DNA from: Lingula anatina | Taxonomy: Eukaryota > Animalia > Brachiopoda | Direction of reading: 5' to 3' | Assembly: GCA_051362555.1 (NCBI GenBank) | Contig: CM120643.1 | Coordinates: 5,704,001 to 5,768,000, forward strand | Length of the DNA stretch: 64,000 nucleotides | In this document: piece by piece, positions 1 through 15,000 of the stretch | Layout: the number at the start of each line of letters is the position of its first letter | Numbering within the stretch: the stretch's first letter is position 1 | Translations under genes and position numbers: made by a program | The notes under the pieces: generated by a model | Told to the model about the DNA's origin: nothing | The model's database searches: none | What the model saw: only the letters and a program-made list of their open reading frames with translations

Positions 1-3000
1 GTTAATAATTTTGACAAATCTTGTCCAATATTTCTGAAATTTGCACAAATGATGCTTAACAACAATATAAATCTGTGATAAGCTGCTCAGTTGACTGTGT
101 CTAATGAAAAGTATCTTCTTCTGACAATATCTTTGAAAAAACTAAAAATTACACTGAAAACACTGGCAAATTCCACGGCTTAAAATAGATAAATGTCAAT
201 AATTTTGCAATGTGATTATAAAATAAAATAGCAAATGTGATGATTTGAGGTTGTTTGTGTAAAAGGTTGCAAATTACCTATAACTGTTATCTGGAAAACA
301 ATATATACCCTTACAAGACTTCTCCTTACTACCAATGCCAGATGCAGATTACTCCTTACAATGGGTTTCTGGAATGGGTTGTTGTTATCCCAATATTTGA
401 CAATGTCCTAAATCTTGCCACATGACATGTATTGTACACATGGATAAGACATAGTGCTGCTCTTGGTGCTGTCTTTCACTGCCTGCTTCTTCATGGTAAG
501 GGTACTCTGGAAAAAGAATAATATAACTGAAATAACTAAAATATTACATTGGAAAAACGGTCAAATTCAAGGACTTAAAATAGTTAAACATTAATAATTT
601 TGTCAAATCTAGTCCATTATTTCTGAAATTTGCACAAATGATGCTTAACAACAATAAAAATCTGTGATAAGATCATCAGTTGACTGTATCTAATGATAAG
701 TGTTTTTTAGGACAATATATTTGGGAAAACTGAAATTTACATTGAAAAGACTGGCAAATCCGAGGACTTAAAATAGTTAAATGTTAATAATTTTGTCAAA
801 TCTTGTCCAGTGTTTCTGAAATTTGTACAAATGATGCTTAACAACAATAAAAATCTGTGATAAGCTGATCAAATGACTGTGTCTATGAAAAGTATCTTCT
901 TCCGACGATATCTTTGAAAAAAACTTAAAATTACACTGAAAACACTGGCAAATTGCATGCATTAAAATAGTTAAATGTTAATAATTTTGACAAATCTTGT
1001 CCAGTATTTCTGAAATTTGCACAAATGATGCTTAACAACAATATAAATCTGTGATAAGATGCTCAGTTGACTGTGTCTAATGAAAAGTGTCTTTTGGGGA
1101 CAATATATTTGGGAAAACTGAAATTTACATTGAAAAGATTGGCAAATCCGAGGACTTAAAATAGTTAAACGTTAATAATTTTGACAAATCTTATCAAATA
1201 TTTCTGAAATTTGTACAAATGATGCTTAACAACAATAAAAATCTGTGATAAGCTGATCAGTTGGCTGTATCAAATGAAATGTGATTTTTGGGACAACAAG
1301 TTTGGGAAAAGTGAAATTTACATTGAAAAGACTGGCAAAACCCAGGACTTGAAATAGTTAAATGTTAATAATTTTGACAAATCTTGTCTAATATTTCTGA
1401 AATTTGCACAAATGATGCTTAACAACAATATAAATCTGTGATAAGCTGCTCAGTTGACTGTGTCTAATGAAAAGTATCTTCTTCTGACAATATCTTTGAA
1501 AAAACTAAAAATTACACTGAAAACACTGGCAAATTACATGGCTTAAAATAGATAAATGTTAATAATTTTGCAAAGTGATTATAAAATAAAATAGCAAATG
1601 TGATGACTTGAGGTTGTTTGTGTAAAAGGTTGCAAATTACCTATAACTGTTATCTGGAAAACAATATATACCCTTACAAGACATATCCTTACTACCAATG
1701 CCAGATGCAGATTACTCCTCACAATGGGTTTCTGGAATGGGTTGTTGTTATCCCAATATTTGACAATGTCCTAAATCTTGCCACATGTCATGTATTGTAC
1801 ACATGGATAAGACATAGTGCTGCTCTTGGTGCTGTCTTTCACTGCCTGCTTCTTCATGGTAAGGGTACTCTGGAAAAAGAATAATATAACTGAAATAACT
1901 AAAATATTACATTGGAAAGACTGGCAAATTCAAGGACTTAAAATAGTTAAACATTAATAATTTTGTCAAATCTAGTCCATTATTTCTGAAATTTGCACAA
2001 ACGATGCTTAACAACAATAAAAATCTGTGATAAACTGATCAAATGACTGTGTCTATGAAAAGTATCTTCTTCCGACGATATCTTTGAAAAAAACTTAAAA
2101 TTACACTGAAAACACTGGCAAATTGCATGCATTAAAATAGTTAAATGTTAATAATTTTGACAAATCTTGTCCAGTATTTCTGAAATTTGCACAAATGATG
2201 CTTAACAACAATAGAAATCTGTGATAAGATGCTCAGTTGACTGTGTCTAATGAAAAGTGTCTTTTGGGGACAATATATTTGGGAAAACTGAAATTTACAT
2301 TGAAGAGACTGGCAAATCCGAGGACTTAAAATAGTTAAACGTTAATAATTTTGACAAATCTTATCAAATATTTCTGAAATATGTACAAATGATGCTTAAC
2401 AACAATAAAAATCTGTGATAAGCTGATCAGTTGGCTGTATCAAATGAAATGTGATTTTTGGGACAACAAGTTCGGGAAAAGTGAAATTTACATTGAAAAG
2501 ACTGGCAAAACCCAGGACTTAAAATAGTTAAATGTTAATAATTTTGACAAATCTTGTCCAATATTTCTGAAATTTGCACAAATGATGCTTAACAACAATA
2601 TAAATCTGTGATAAGCTGCTCAGTTGACTGTGTCTAATGAAAAGTATCTTCTTCTGACAATATCTTTGAAAAAACTAAAAATTACACTGAAAACACTGGC
2701 AAATTCCATGGCTTAAAATAGATAAATGTCAATAATTTTGCAATGTGATTATAAAATAAAATAGCAAATGTGATGATTTGAGGTTGTTTGTGTAAGAGGT
2801 TGCAAATTACCTATAACTGTTATCTGGAAAAAAATATATACCCATACAAGACTTCTCCTTACTATCAATGTCAGATGCAGATTACTCCTTACAATGGGTT
2901 TCTGGAATGGGTTGCTGTTATCACAACATTTGACAATGTCCTAAATCTTGCCACATATCATGTATTGTACACATGGATAAGACATAGTGCTGCTCTTGGT

Positions 3001-6000
3001 GCTGTCTTTCGCTGCCTGCATCTTCATGGTAAAGGTACTCTGGAAAAAGAACAATATAACTGAAAAAACTGAAAATAACATAGAAAACGCTGGCAAATTC
3101 CACGACATAAAATAGTTAAACGTTAATAATTTTTTTCAAATCTTGTCCAATCTTTCTGAAATTTGTACAAATGATGCTTAACAACAATAAAAATCTGTGA
3201 TTAGATGATCTGTTGACTGCATCTAATGAAAAGTGTTTTTTTTTTGGGGACAACATATTTGGGAAAACTGAAATTTACATTAAAAACACTGGCAAATCTC
3301 ATGACTTAAAATAGTTAAACGCTAATAAAATTTTTAAATCTTGTCCAATATTTCTGAAATTTGTACAAATGATGCTTAACAATAATAAAAATCTGTGATT
3401 AGATGATCTGTTGACTGTATCTAATGAAAAGTGTTTTTTGGGACAACATATTTGGGAAAAATGAAATTTACATTGAAAAGCCTGGCAAATCCAAGGACTT
3501 CAAATAGTTAAACGTTAATAATTTTGTCAAATCTTGTACAATATTTCTGAAATTTGTACAAATGATGCTTAACATCAATTAAAATCTGTGGTTAGATGAT
3601 CTGTTGACTGCATCTAATGAAAAGTGTTTTTTGGGACAACATATTTGGGAAAACTGAAATTTACATTGAAAAGACTGGCAAATCCAAGGACTTCAAATAG
3701 TTAAACGTTAATAATTTTGTCAAATCATGTATAATATTTCTGAAATTTGTACAAATGATGCTTAACAACAATAAAAACCTGTGATAAGCTGATCAAATGA
3801 CTGTGTCTAATGAAAAGTATCTTCTTTCGACAATATCCTTGAAAAAAACTGAAAATTACACTGAAAAATCTGGCAAATTCCATGGCTTAAAATAGTTAAA
3901 TATTAATTATTTTGCAATGTGATTATAAAATAAAATAGCAAATGTGATGATTTGAGGTTGTTTGTGTAAGAGGTTGCAAATTTCCTATAACTGTTATCTG
4001 AAAAACAATATATACCCATACAAGACTTCTCCTTACTATCAATGCCAGATGCAGATTACTCCTTACAATGGGTTTCTAGAATGGGTTGTTGTTATCACAT
4101 TATTTGACAATGTCCTAAATCTTGCCACATATCATGTATTGTACACATGGATAAGACATAGTGCTGCTCTTGGTGCTGTCTTTCGCTGCCTGCATCTTCA
4201 TGGTAAAGGTACTCTGGAAAAAGAACAATATAACTGAAAAAACTGAAAATAACATAGAAAACGCTGGCAAATTCCACGACATAAAATAGTTAAACGTTAA
4301 TAATTTTTTTCAAATCTTGTCCAATCTTTCTGAAATTTGTACAAATGATGCTTAACAACAATAAAAATCTGTGATTAGATGATCTGTTGACTGCATCTAA
4401 TGAAAAGTGTTTTTTTTTTGGGGACAACATATTTGGGAAAACTGAAATTTACATTAAAAACACTGGCAAATCTCATGACTTAAAATAGTTAAACGTTAAT
4501 AAAATTTTTAAATCTTGTCCAATATTTCTGAAATTTGTACAAATGATGCTTAACAATAATAAAAATCTGTGATTAGATGATCTGTTGACTGTATCTAATG
4601 AAAAGTGTTTTTTGGGACAACATATTTGGGAAAAATGAAATTTACATTGAAAAGCCTGGCAAATCCAAGGACTTCAAATAGTTAAACGTTAATAATTTTG
4701 TCAAATCTTGTACAATATTTCTGAAATTTGTACAAATGATGCTTAACATCAATTAAAATCTGTGGTTAGATGATCTGTTGACTGCATCTAATGAAAAGAG
4801 CTTTTTGGGACAACATATTTGGGAAAACTGAAATTTACATTGAAAAGACTGGCAAATCCAAGGACTTCAAATAGTTAAACGTTAATAATTTTGTCAAATC
4901 ATGTATAATATTTCTGAAATTTGTACAAATGATGCTTAACAACAATAAAAACCTGTGATAAGCTGATCAAATGACTGTGTCTAATGAAAAGTATCTTCTT
5001 TCGACAATATCCTTGAAAAAAACTGAAAATTACACTGAAAAATCTGGCAAATTCCATGGCTTAAAATAGTTAAATATTAATTATTTTGCAATGTGATTAT
5101 AAAATAAAATAGCAAATGTGATGATTTGAGGTTGTTTGTGTAAGAGGTTGCAAATTTCCTATAACTGTTATCTGAAAAACAATATATACCCATACAAGAC
5201 TTCTCCTTACTACCAATGCCAGATGCAGATTACTCCTTACAATGGGTTTCTGGAATGGGTTGTTGTTATCCCAATATTTGACAATGTCCTAAATCTTGCC
5301 ACATGACATGTATTGTACACATGGATAAGACATAGTGCTGCTCTTGGTGCTGTCTTTCACTGCCTGCTTCTTCATGGTAAGGGTACTCTGGAAAAAGAAT
5401 AATATAACTGAAATAACTAAAATATTACATTGGAAAAACGGTCAAATTCAAGGACTTAAAATAGTTAAACATTAATAATTTTGTCAAATCTAGTCCATTA
5501 TTTCTGAAATTTGCACAAATGATGCTTAACAACAATAAAAATCTGTGATAAGATCATCAGTTGACTGTATCTAATGATAAGTGTTTTTTAGGACAATATA
5601 TTTGGGAAAACTGAAATTTACATTGAAAAGACTGGCAAATCCGAGGACTTAAAATAGTTAAATGTTAATAATTTTGTCAAATCTTGTCCAGTGTTTCTGA
5701 AATTTGTACAAATGATGCTTAACAACAATAAAAATCTGTGATAAGCTGATCAAATGACTGTGTCTATGAAAAGTATCTTCTTCCGACGATATCTTTGAAA
5801 AAAACTTAAAATTACACTGAAAACACTGGCAAATTGCATGCATTAAAATAGTTAAATGTTAATAATTTTGACAAATCTTGTCCAGTATTTCTGAAATTTG
5901 CACAAATGATGCTTAACAACAATATAAATCTGTGATAAGATGCTCAGTTGACTGTGTCTAATGAAAAGTGTCTTTTGGGGACAATATATTTGGGAAAACT

Positions 6001-9000
6001 GAAATTTACATTGAAAAGATTGGCAAATCCGAGGACTTAAAATAGTTAAACGTTAATAATTTTGACAAATCTTATCAAATATTTCTGAAATTTGTACAAA
6101 TGATGCTTAACAACAATAAAAATCTGTGATAAGCTGATCAGTTGGCTGTATCAAATGAAATGTGATTTTTGGGACAACAAGTTTGGGAAAAGTGAAATTT
6201 ACATTGAAAAGACTGGCAAAACCCAGGACTTGAAATAGTTAAATGTTAATAATTTTGACAAATCTTGTCTAATATTTCTGAAATTTGCACAAATGATGCT
6301 TAACAACAATATAAATCTGTGATAAGCTGCTCAGTTGACTGTGTCTAATGAAAAGTATCTTCTTCTGACAATATCTTTGAAAAAACTAAAAATTACACTG
6401 AAAACACTGGCAAATTACATGGCTTAAAATAGATAAATGTTAATAATTTTGCAAAGTGATTATAAAATAAAATAGCAAATGTGATGACTTGAGGTTGTTT
6501 GTGTAAAAGGTTGCAAATTACCTATAACTGTTATCTGGAAAACAATATATACCCTTACAAGACATATCCTTACTACCAATGCCAGATGCAGATTACTCCT
6601 CACAATGGGTTTCTGGAATGGGTTGTTGTTATCCCAATATTTGACAATGTCCTAAATCTTGCCACATGTCATGTATTGTACACATGGATAAGACATAGTG
6701 CTGCTCTTGGTGCTGTCTTTCACTGCCTGCTTCTTCATGGTAAGGGTACTCTGGAAAAAGAATAATATAACTGAAATAACTAAAATATTACATTGGAAAG
6801 ACTGGCAAATTCAAGGACTTAAAATAGTTAAACATTAATAATTTTGTCAAATCTAGTCCATTATTTCTGAAATTTGCACAAATGATGCTTAACAACAATA
6901 AAAATCTGTGATAAACTGATCAAATGACTGTGTCTATGAAAAGTATCTTCTTCCGACGATATCTTTGAAAAAAACTTAAAATTACACTGAAAACACTGGC
7001 AAATTGCATGCATTAAAATAGTTAAATGTTAATAATTTTGACAAATCTTGTCCAGTATTTCTGAAATTTGCACAAATGATGCTTAACAACAATAGAAATC
7101 TGTGATAAGATGCTCAGTTGACTGTGTCTAATGAAAAGTGTCTTTTGGGGACAATATATTTGGGAAAACTGAAATTTACATTGAAGAGACTGGCAAATCC
7201 GAGGACTTAAAATAGTTAAACGTTAATAATTTTGACAAATCTTATCAAATATTTCTGAAATATGTACAAATGATGCTTAACAACAATAAAAATCTGTGAT
7301 AAGCTGATCAGTTGGCTGTATCAAATGAAATGTGATTTTTGGGACAACAAGTTCGGGAAAAGTGAAATTTACATTGAAAAGACTGGCAAAACCCAGGACT
7401 TAAAATAGTTAAATGTTAATAATTTTGACAAATCTTGTCCAATATTTCTGAAATTTGCACAAATGATGCTTAACAACAATATAAATCTGTGATAAGCTGC
7501 TCAGTTGACTGTGTCTAATGAAAAGTATCTTCTTCTGACAATATCTTTGAAAAAACTAAAAATTACACTGAAAACACTGGCAAATTCCATGGCTTAAAAT
7601 AGATAAATGTCAATAATTTTGCAATGTGATTATAAAATAAAATAGCAAATGTGATGATTTGAGGTTGTTTGTGTAAGAGGTTGCAAATTACCTATAACTG
7701 TTATCTGGAAAAAAATATATACCCATACAAGACTTCTCCTTACTATCAATGTCAGATGCAGATTACTCCTTACAATGGGTTTCTGGAATGGGTTGCTGTT
7801 ATCACAACATTTGACAATGTCCTAAATCTTGCCACATATCATGTATTGTACACATGGATAAGACATAGTGCTGCTCTTGGTGCTGTCTTTCGCTGCCTGC
7901 ATCTTCATGGTAAAGGTACTCTGGAAAAAGAACAATATAACTGAAAAAACTGAAAATAACATAGAAAACGCTGGCAAATTCCACGACATAAAATAGTTAA
8001 ACGTTAATAATTTTTTTCAAATCTTGTCCAATCTTTCTGAAATTTGTACAAATGATGCTTAACAACAATAAAAATCTGTGATTAGATGATCTGTTGACTG
8101 CATCTAATGAAAAGTGTTTTTTTTTTGGGGACAACATATTTGGGAAAACTGAAATTTACATTAAAAACACTGGCAAATCTCATGACTTAAAATAGTTAAA
8201 CGTTAATAAAATTTTTAAATCTTGTCCAATATTTCTGAAATTTGTACAAATGATGCTTAACAATAATAAAAATCTGTGATTAGATGATCTGTTGACTGTA
8301 TCTAATGAAAAGTGTTTTTTGGGACAACATATTTGGGAAAAATGAAATTTACATTGAAAAGCCTGGCAAATCCAAGGACTTCAAATAGTTAAACGTTAAT
8401 AATTTTGTCAAATCTTGTACAATATTTCTGAAATTTGTACAAATGATGCTTAACATCAATTAAAATCTGTGGTTAGATGATCTGTTGACTGCATCTAATG
8501 AAAAGTGTTTTTTGGGACAACATATTTGGGAAAACTGAAATTTACATTGAAAAGACTGGCAAATCCAAGGACTTCAAATAGTTAAACGTTAATAATTTTG
8601 TCAAATCATGTATAATATTTCTGAAATTTGTACAAATGATGCTTAACAACAATAAAAACCTGTGATAAGCTGATCAAATGACTGTGTCTAATGAAAAGTA
8701 TCTTCTTTCGACAATATCCTTGAAAAAAACTGAAAATTACACTGAAAAATCTGGCAAATTCCATGGCTTAAAATAGTTAAATATTAATTATTTTGCAATG
8801 TGATTATAAAATAAAATAGCAAATGTGATGATTTGAGGTTGTTTGTGTAAGAGGTTGCAAATTTCCTATAACTGTTATCTGAAAAACAATATATACCCAT
8901 ACAAGACTTCTCCTTACTATCAATGCCAGATGCAGATTACTCCTTACAATGGGTTTCTAGAATGGGTTGTTGTTATCACATTATTTGACAATGTCCTAAA

Positions 9001-12000
9001 TCTTGCCACATATCATGTATTGTACACATGGATAAGACATAGTGCTGCTCTTGGTGCTGTCTTTCGCTGCCTGCATCTTCATGGTAAGGGTACTCTGGAA
9101 AAAAAACAATATAACTGAAAAAACTGAAAATAACATAGAAAACGCTGGCAAATTCCACGACATAAAATAGTTAAACGTTAATAATTTTTTCAAATCTTGT
9201 CCAATCTTTCTGAAATTTGTACAAATGATGCTTAACAACAATAAAAAATCTGTGATTAGATGATCTGTTGACTGCATCTAATGAAAAGTGTTTTTTAGGA
9301 CAATATATTTGGGAAAACTGAAATTTACATTGAAAAGACTGGCAAATCCGAGGACTTAAAATAGTTAAATGTTAATAATTTTGTCAAATCTTGTCCAGTG
9401 TTTCTGAAATTTGTACAAATGATGCTTAACAACAATAAAAATCTGTGATAAGCTGATCAAATGACTGTGTCTATGAAAAGTATCTTCTTCCGACGATATC
9501 TTTGAAAAAAACTTAAAATTACACTGAAAACACTGGCAAATTGCATGCATTAAAATAGTTAAATGTTAATAATTTTGACAAATCTTGTCCAGTATTTCTG
9601 AAATTTGCACAAATGATGCTTAACAACAATATAAATCTGTGATAAGATGCTCAGTTGACTGTGTCTAATGAAAAGTGTCTTTTGGGGACAATATATTTGG
9701 GAAAACTGAAATTTACATTGAAAAGATTGGCAAATCCGAGGACTTAAAATAGTTAAACGTTAATAATTTTGACAAATCTTATCAAATATTTCTGAAATTT
9801 GTACAAATGATGCTTAACAACAATAAAAATCTGTGATAAGCTGATCAGTTGGCTGTATCAAATGAAATGTGATTTTTGGGACAACAAGTTTGGGAAAAGT
9901 GAAATTTACATTGAAAAGACTGGCAAAACCCAGGACTTGAAATAGTTAAATGTTAATAATTTTGACAAATCTTGTCTAATATTTCTGAAATTTGCACAAA
10001 TGATGCTTAACAACAATATAAATCTGTGATAAGCTGCTCAGTTGACTGTGTCTAATGAAAAGTATCTTCTTCTGACAATATCTTTGAAAAAACTAAAAAT
10101 TACACTGAAAACACTGGCAAATTACATGGCTTAAAATAGATAAATGTTAATAATTTTGCAAAGTGATTATAAAATAAAATAGCAAATGTGATGACTTGAG
10201 GTTGTTTGTGTAAAAGGTTGCAAATTACCTATAACTGTTATCTGGAAAACAATATATACCCTTACAAGACATATCCTTACTACCAATGCCAGATGCAGAT
10301 TACTCCTCACAATGGGTTTCTGGAATGGGTTGTTGTTATCCCAATATTTGACAATGTCCTAAATCTTGCCACATGTCATGTATTGTACACATGGATAAGA
10401 CATAGTGCTGCTCTTGGTGCTGTCTTTCACTGCCTGCTTCTTCATGGTAAGGGTACTCTGGAAAAAGAATAATATAACTGAAATAACTAAAATATTACAT
10501 TGGAAAGACTGGCAAATTCAAGGACTTAAAATAGTTAAACATTAATAATTTTGTCAAATCTAGTCCATTATTTCTGAAATTTGCACAAACGATGCTTAAC
10601 AACAATAAAAATCTGTGATAAACTGATCAAATGACTGTGTCTATGAAAAGTATCTTCTTCCGACGATATCTTTGAAAAAAACTTAAAATTACACTGAAAA
10701 CACTGGCAAATTGCATGCATTAAAATAGTTAAATGTTAATAATTTTGACAAATCTTGTCCAGTATTTCTGAAATTTGCACAAATGATGCTTAACAACAAT
10801 AGAAATCTGTGATAAGATGCTCAGTTGACTGTGTCTAATGAAAAGTGTCTTTTGGGGACAATATATTTGGGAAAACTGAAATTTACATTGAAGAGACTGG
10901 CAAATCCGAGGACTTAAAATAGTTAAACGTTAATAATTTTGACAAATCTTATCAAATATTTCTGAAATATGTACAAATGATGCTTAACAACAATAAAAAT
11001 CTGTGATAAGCTGATCAGTTGGCTGTATCAAATGAAATGTGATTTTTGGGACAACAAGTTCGGGAAAAGTGAAATTTACATTGAAAAGACTGGCAAAACC
11101 CAGGACTTAAAATAGTTAAATGTTAATAATTTTGACAAATCTTGTCCAATATTTCTGAAATTTGCACAAATGATGCTTAACAACAATATAAATCTGTGAT
11201 AAGCTGCTCAGTTGACTGTGTCTAATGAAAAGTATCTTCTTCTGACAATATCTTTGAAAAAACTAAAAATTACACTGAAAACACTGGCAAATTCCATGGC
11301 TTAAAATAGATAAATGTCAATAATTTTGCAATGTGATTATAAAATAAAATAGCAAATGTGATGATTTGAGGTTGTTTGTGTAAGAGGTTGCAAATTACCT
11401 ATAACTGTTATCTGGAAAAAAATATATACCCATACAAGACTTCTCCTTACTATCAATGTCAGATGCAGATTACTCCTTACAATGGGTTTCTGGAATGGGT
11501 TGCTGTTATCACAACATTTGACAATGTCCTAAATCTTGCCACATATCATGTATTGTACACATGGATAAGACATAGTGCTGCTCTTGGTGCTGTCTTTCGC
11601 TGCCTGCATCTTCATGGTAAAGGTACTCTGGAAAAAGAACAATATAACTGAAAAAACTGAAAATAACATAGAAAACGCTGGCAAATTCCACGACATAAAA
11701 TAGTTAAACGTTAATAATTTTTTTCAAATCTTGTCCAATCTTTCTGAAATTTGTACAAATGATGCTTAACAACAATAAAAATCTGTGATTAGATGATCTG
11801 TTGACTGCATCTAATGAAAAGTGTTTTTTTTTTGGGGACAACATATTTGGGAAAACTGAAATTTACATTAAAAACACTGGCAAATCTCATGACTTAAAAT
11901 AGTTAAACGTTAATAAAATTTTTAAATCTTGTCCAATATTTCTGAAATTTGTACAAATGATGCTTAACAATAATAAAAATCTGTGATTAGATGATCTGTT

Positions 12001-15000
12001 GACTGTATCTAATGAAAAGTGTTTTTTGGGACAACATATTTGGGAAAAATGAAATTTACATTGAAAAGCCTGGCAAATCCAAGGACTTCAAATAGTTAAA
12101 CGTTAATAATTTTGTCAAATCTTGTACAATATTTCTGAAATTTGTACAAATGATGCTTAACATCAATTAAAATCTGTGGTTAGATGATCTGTTGACTGCA
12201 TCTAATGAAAAGTGTTTTTTGGGACAACATATTTGGGAAAACTGAAATTTACATTGAAAAGACTGGCAAATCCAAGGACTTCAAATAGTTAAACGTTAAT
12301 AATTTTGTCAAATCATGTATAATATTTCTGAAATTTGTACAAATGATGCTTAACAACAATAAAAACCTGTGATAAGCTGATCAAATGACTGTGTCTAATG
12401 AAAAGTATCTTCTTTCGACAATATCCTTGAAAAAAACTGAAAATTACACTGAAAAATCTGGCAAATTCCATGGCTTAAAATAGTTAAATATTAATTATTT
12501 TGCAATGTGATTATAAAATAAAATAGCAAATGTGATGATTTGAGGTTGTTTGTGTAAGAGGTTGCAAATTTCCTATAACTGTTATCTGAAAAACAATATA
12601 TACCCATACAAGACTTCTCCTTACTATCAATGCCAGATGCAGATTACTCCTTACAATGGGTTTCTAGAATGGGTTGTTGTTATCACATTATTTGACAATG
12701 TCCTAAATCTTGCCACATATCATGTATTGTACACATGGATAAGACATAGTGCTGCTCTTGGTGCTGTCTTTCGCTGCCTGCATCTTCATGGTAAGGGTAC
12801 TCTGGAAAAAAAACAATATAACTGAAAAAACTGAAAATAACATAGAAAACGCTGGCAAATTCCACGACATAAAATAGTTAAACGTTAATAATTTTTTCAA
12901 ATCTTGTCCAATCTTTCTGAAATTTGTACAAATGATGCTTAACAACAATAAAAAATCTGTGATTAGATGATCTGTTGACTGCATCTAATGAAAAGTGTTT
13001 TTTAGGACAATATATTTGGGAAAACTGAAATTTACATTGAAAAGACTGGCAAATCCGAGGACTTAAAATAGTTAAATGTTAATAATTTTGTCAAATCTTG
13101 TCCAGTGTTTCTGAAATTTGTACAAATGATGCTTAACAACAATAAAAATCTGTGATAAGCTGATCAAATGACTGTGTCTATGAAAAGTATCTTCTTCCGA
13201 CGATATCTTTGAAAAAAACTTAAAATTACACTGAAAACACTGGCAAATTGCATGCATTAAAATAGTTAAATGTTAATAATTTTGACAAATCTTGTCCAGT
13301 ATTTCTGAAATTTGCACAAATGATGCTTAACAACAATATAAATCTGTGATAAGATGCTCAGTTGACTGTGTCTAATGAAAAGTGTCTTTTGGGGACAATA
13401 TATTTGGGAAAACTGAAATTTACATTGAAAAGATTGGCAAATCCGAGGACTTAAAATAGTTAAACGTTAATAATTTTGACAAATCTTATCAAATATTTCT
13501 GAAATTTGTACAAATGATGCTTAACAACAATAAAAATCTGTGATAAGCTGATCAGTTGGCTGTATCAAATGAAATGTGATTTTTGGGACAACAAGTTTGG
13601 GAAAAGTGAAATTTACATTGAAAAGACTGGCAAAACCCAGGACTTGAAATAGTTAAATGTTAATAATTTTGACAAATCTTGTCTAATATTTCTGAAATTT
13701 GCACAAATGATGCTTAACAACAATATAAATCTGTGATAAGCTGCTCAGTTGACTGTGTCTAATGAAAAGTATCTTCTTCTGACAATATCTTTGAAAAAAC
13801 TAAAAATTACACTGAAAACACTGGCAAATTACATGGCTTAAAATAGATAAATGTTAATAATTTTGCAAAGTGATTATAAAATAAAATAGCAAATGTGATG
13901 ACTTGAGGTTGTTTGTGTAAAAGGTTGCAAATTACCTATAACTGTTATCTGGAAAACAATATATACCCTTACAAGACATATCCTTACTACCAATGCCAGA
14001 TGCAGATTACTCCTCACAATGGGTTTCTGGAATGGGTTGTTGTTATCCCAATATTTGACAATGTCCTAAATCTTGCCACATGTCATGTATTGTACACATG
14101 GATAAGACATAGTGCTGCTCTTGGTGCTGTCTTTCACTGCCTGCTTCTTCATGGTAAGGGTACTCTGGAAAAAGAATAATATAACTGAAATAACTAAAAT
14201 ATTACATTGGAAAGACTGGCAAATTCAAGGACTTAAAATAGTTAAACATTAATAATTTTGTCAAATCTAGTCCATTATTTCTGAAATTTGCACAAACGAT
14301 GCTTAACAACAATAAAAATCTGTGATAAACTGATCAAATGACTGTGTCTATGAAAAGTATCTTCTTCCGACGATATCTTTGAAAAAAACTTAAAATTACA
14401 CTGAAAACACTGGCAAATTGCATGCATTAAAATAGTTAAATGTTAATAATTTTGACAAATCTTGTCCAGTATTTCTGAAATTTGCACAAATGATGCTTAA
14501 CAACAATAGAAATCTGTGATAAGATGCTCAGTTGACTGTGTCTAATGAAAAGTGTCTTTTGGGGACAATATATTTGGGAAAACTGAAATTTACATTGAAG
14601 AGACTGGCAAATCCGAGGACTTAAAATAGTTAAACGTTAATAATTTTGACAAATCTTATCAAATATTTCTGAAATATGTACAAATGATGCTTAACAACAA
14701 TAAAAATCTGTGATAAGCTGATCAGTTGGCTGTATCAAATGAAATGTGATTTTTGGGACAACAAGTTCGGGAAAAGTGAAATTTACATTGAAAAGACTGG
14801 CAAAACCCAGGACTTAAAATAGTTAAATGTTAATAATTTTGACAAATCTTGTCCAATATTTCTGAAATTTGCACAAATGATGCTTAACAACAATATAAAT
14901 CTGTGATAAGCTGCTCAGTTGACTGTGTCTAATGAAAAGTATCTTCTTCTGACAATATCTTTGAAAAAACTAAAAATTACACTGAAAACACTGGCAAATT

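Noticed and set aside
236-530. Box C (GTGATGA) ... box D (CTGA) snoRNA in the cassette
   Set aside because: The boxes are ~290 nt apart with no terminal stem or recognisable guide; such short motifs are expected by chance.
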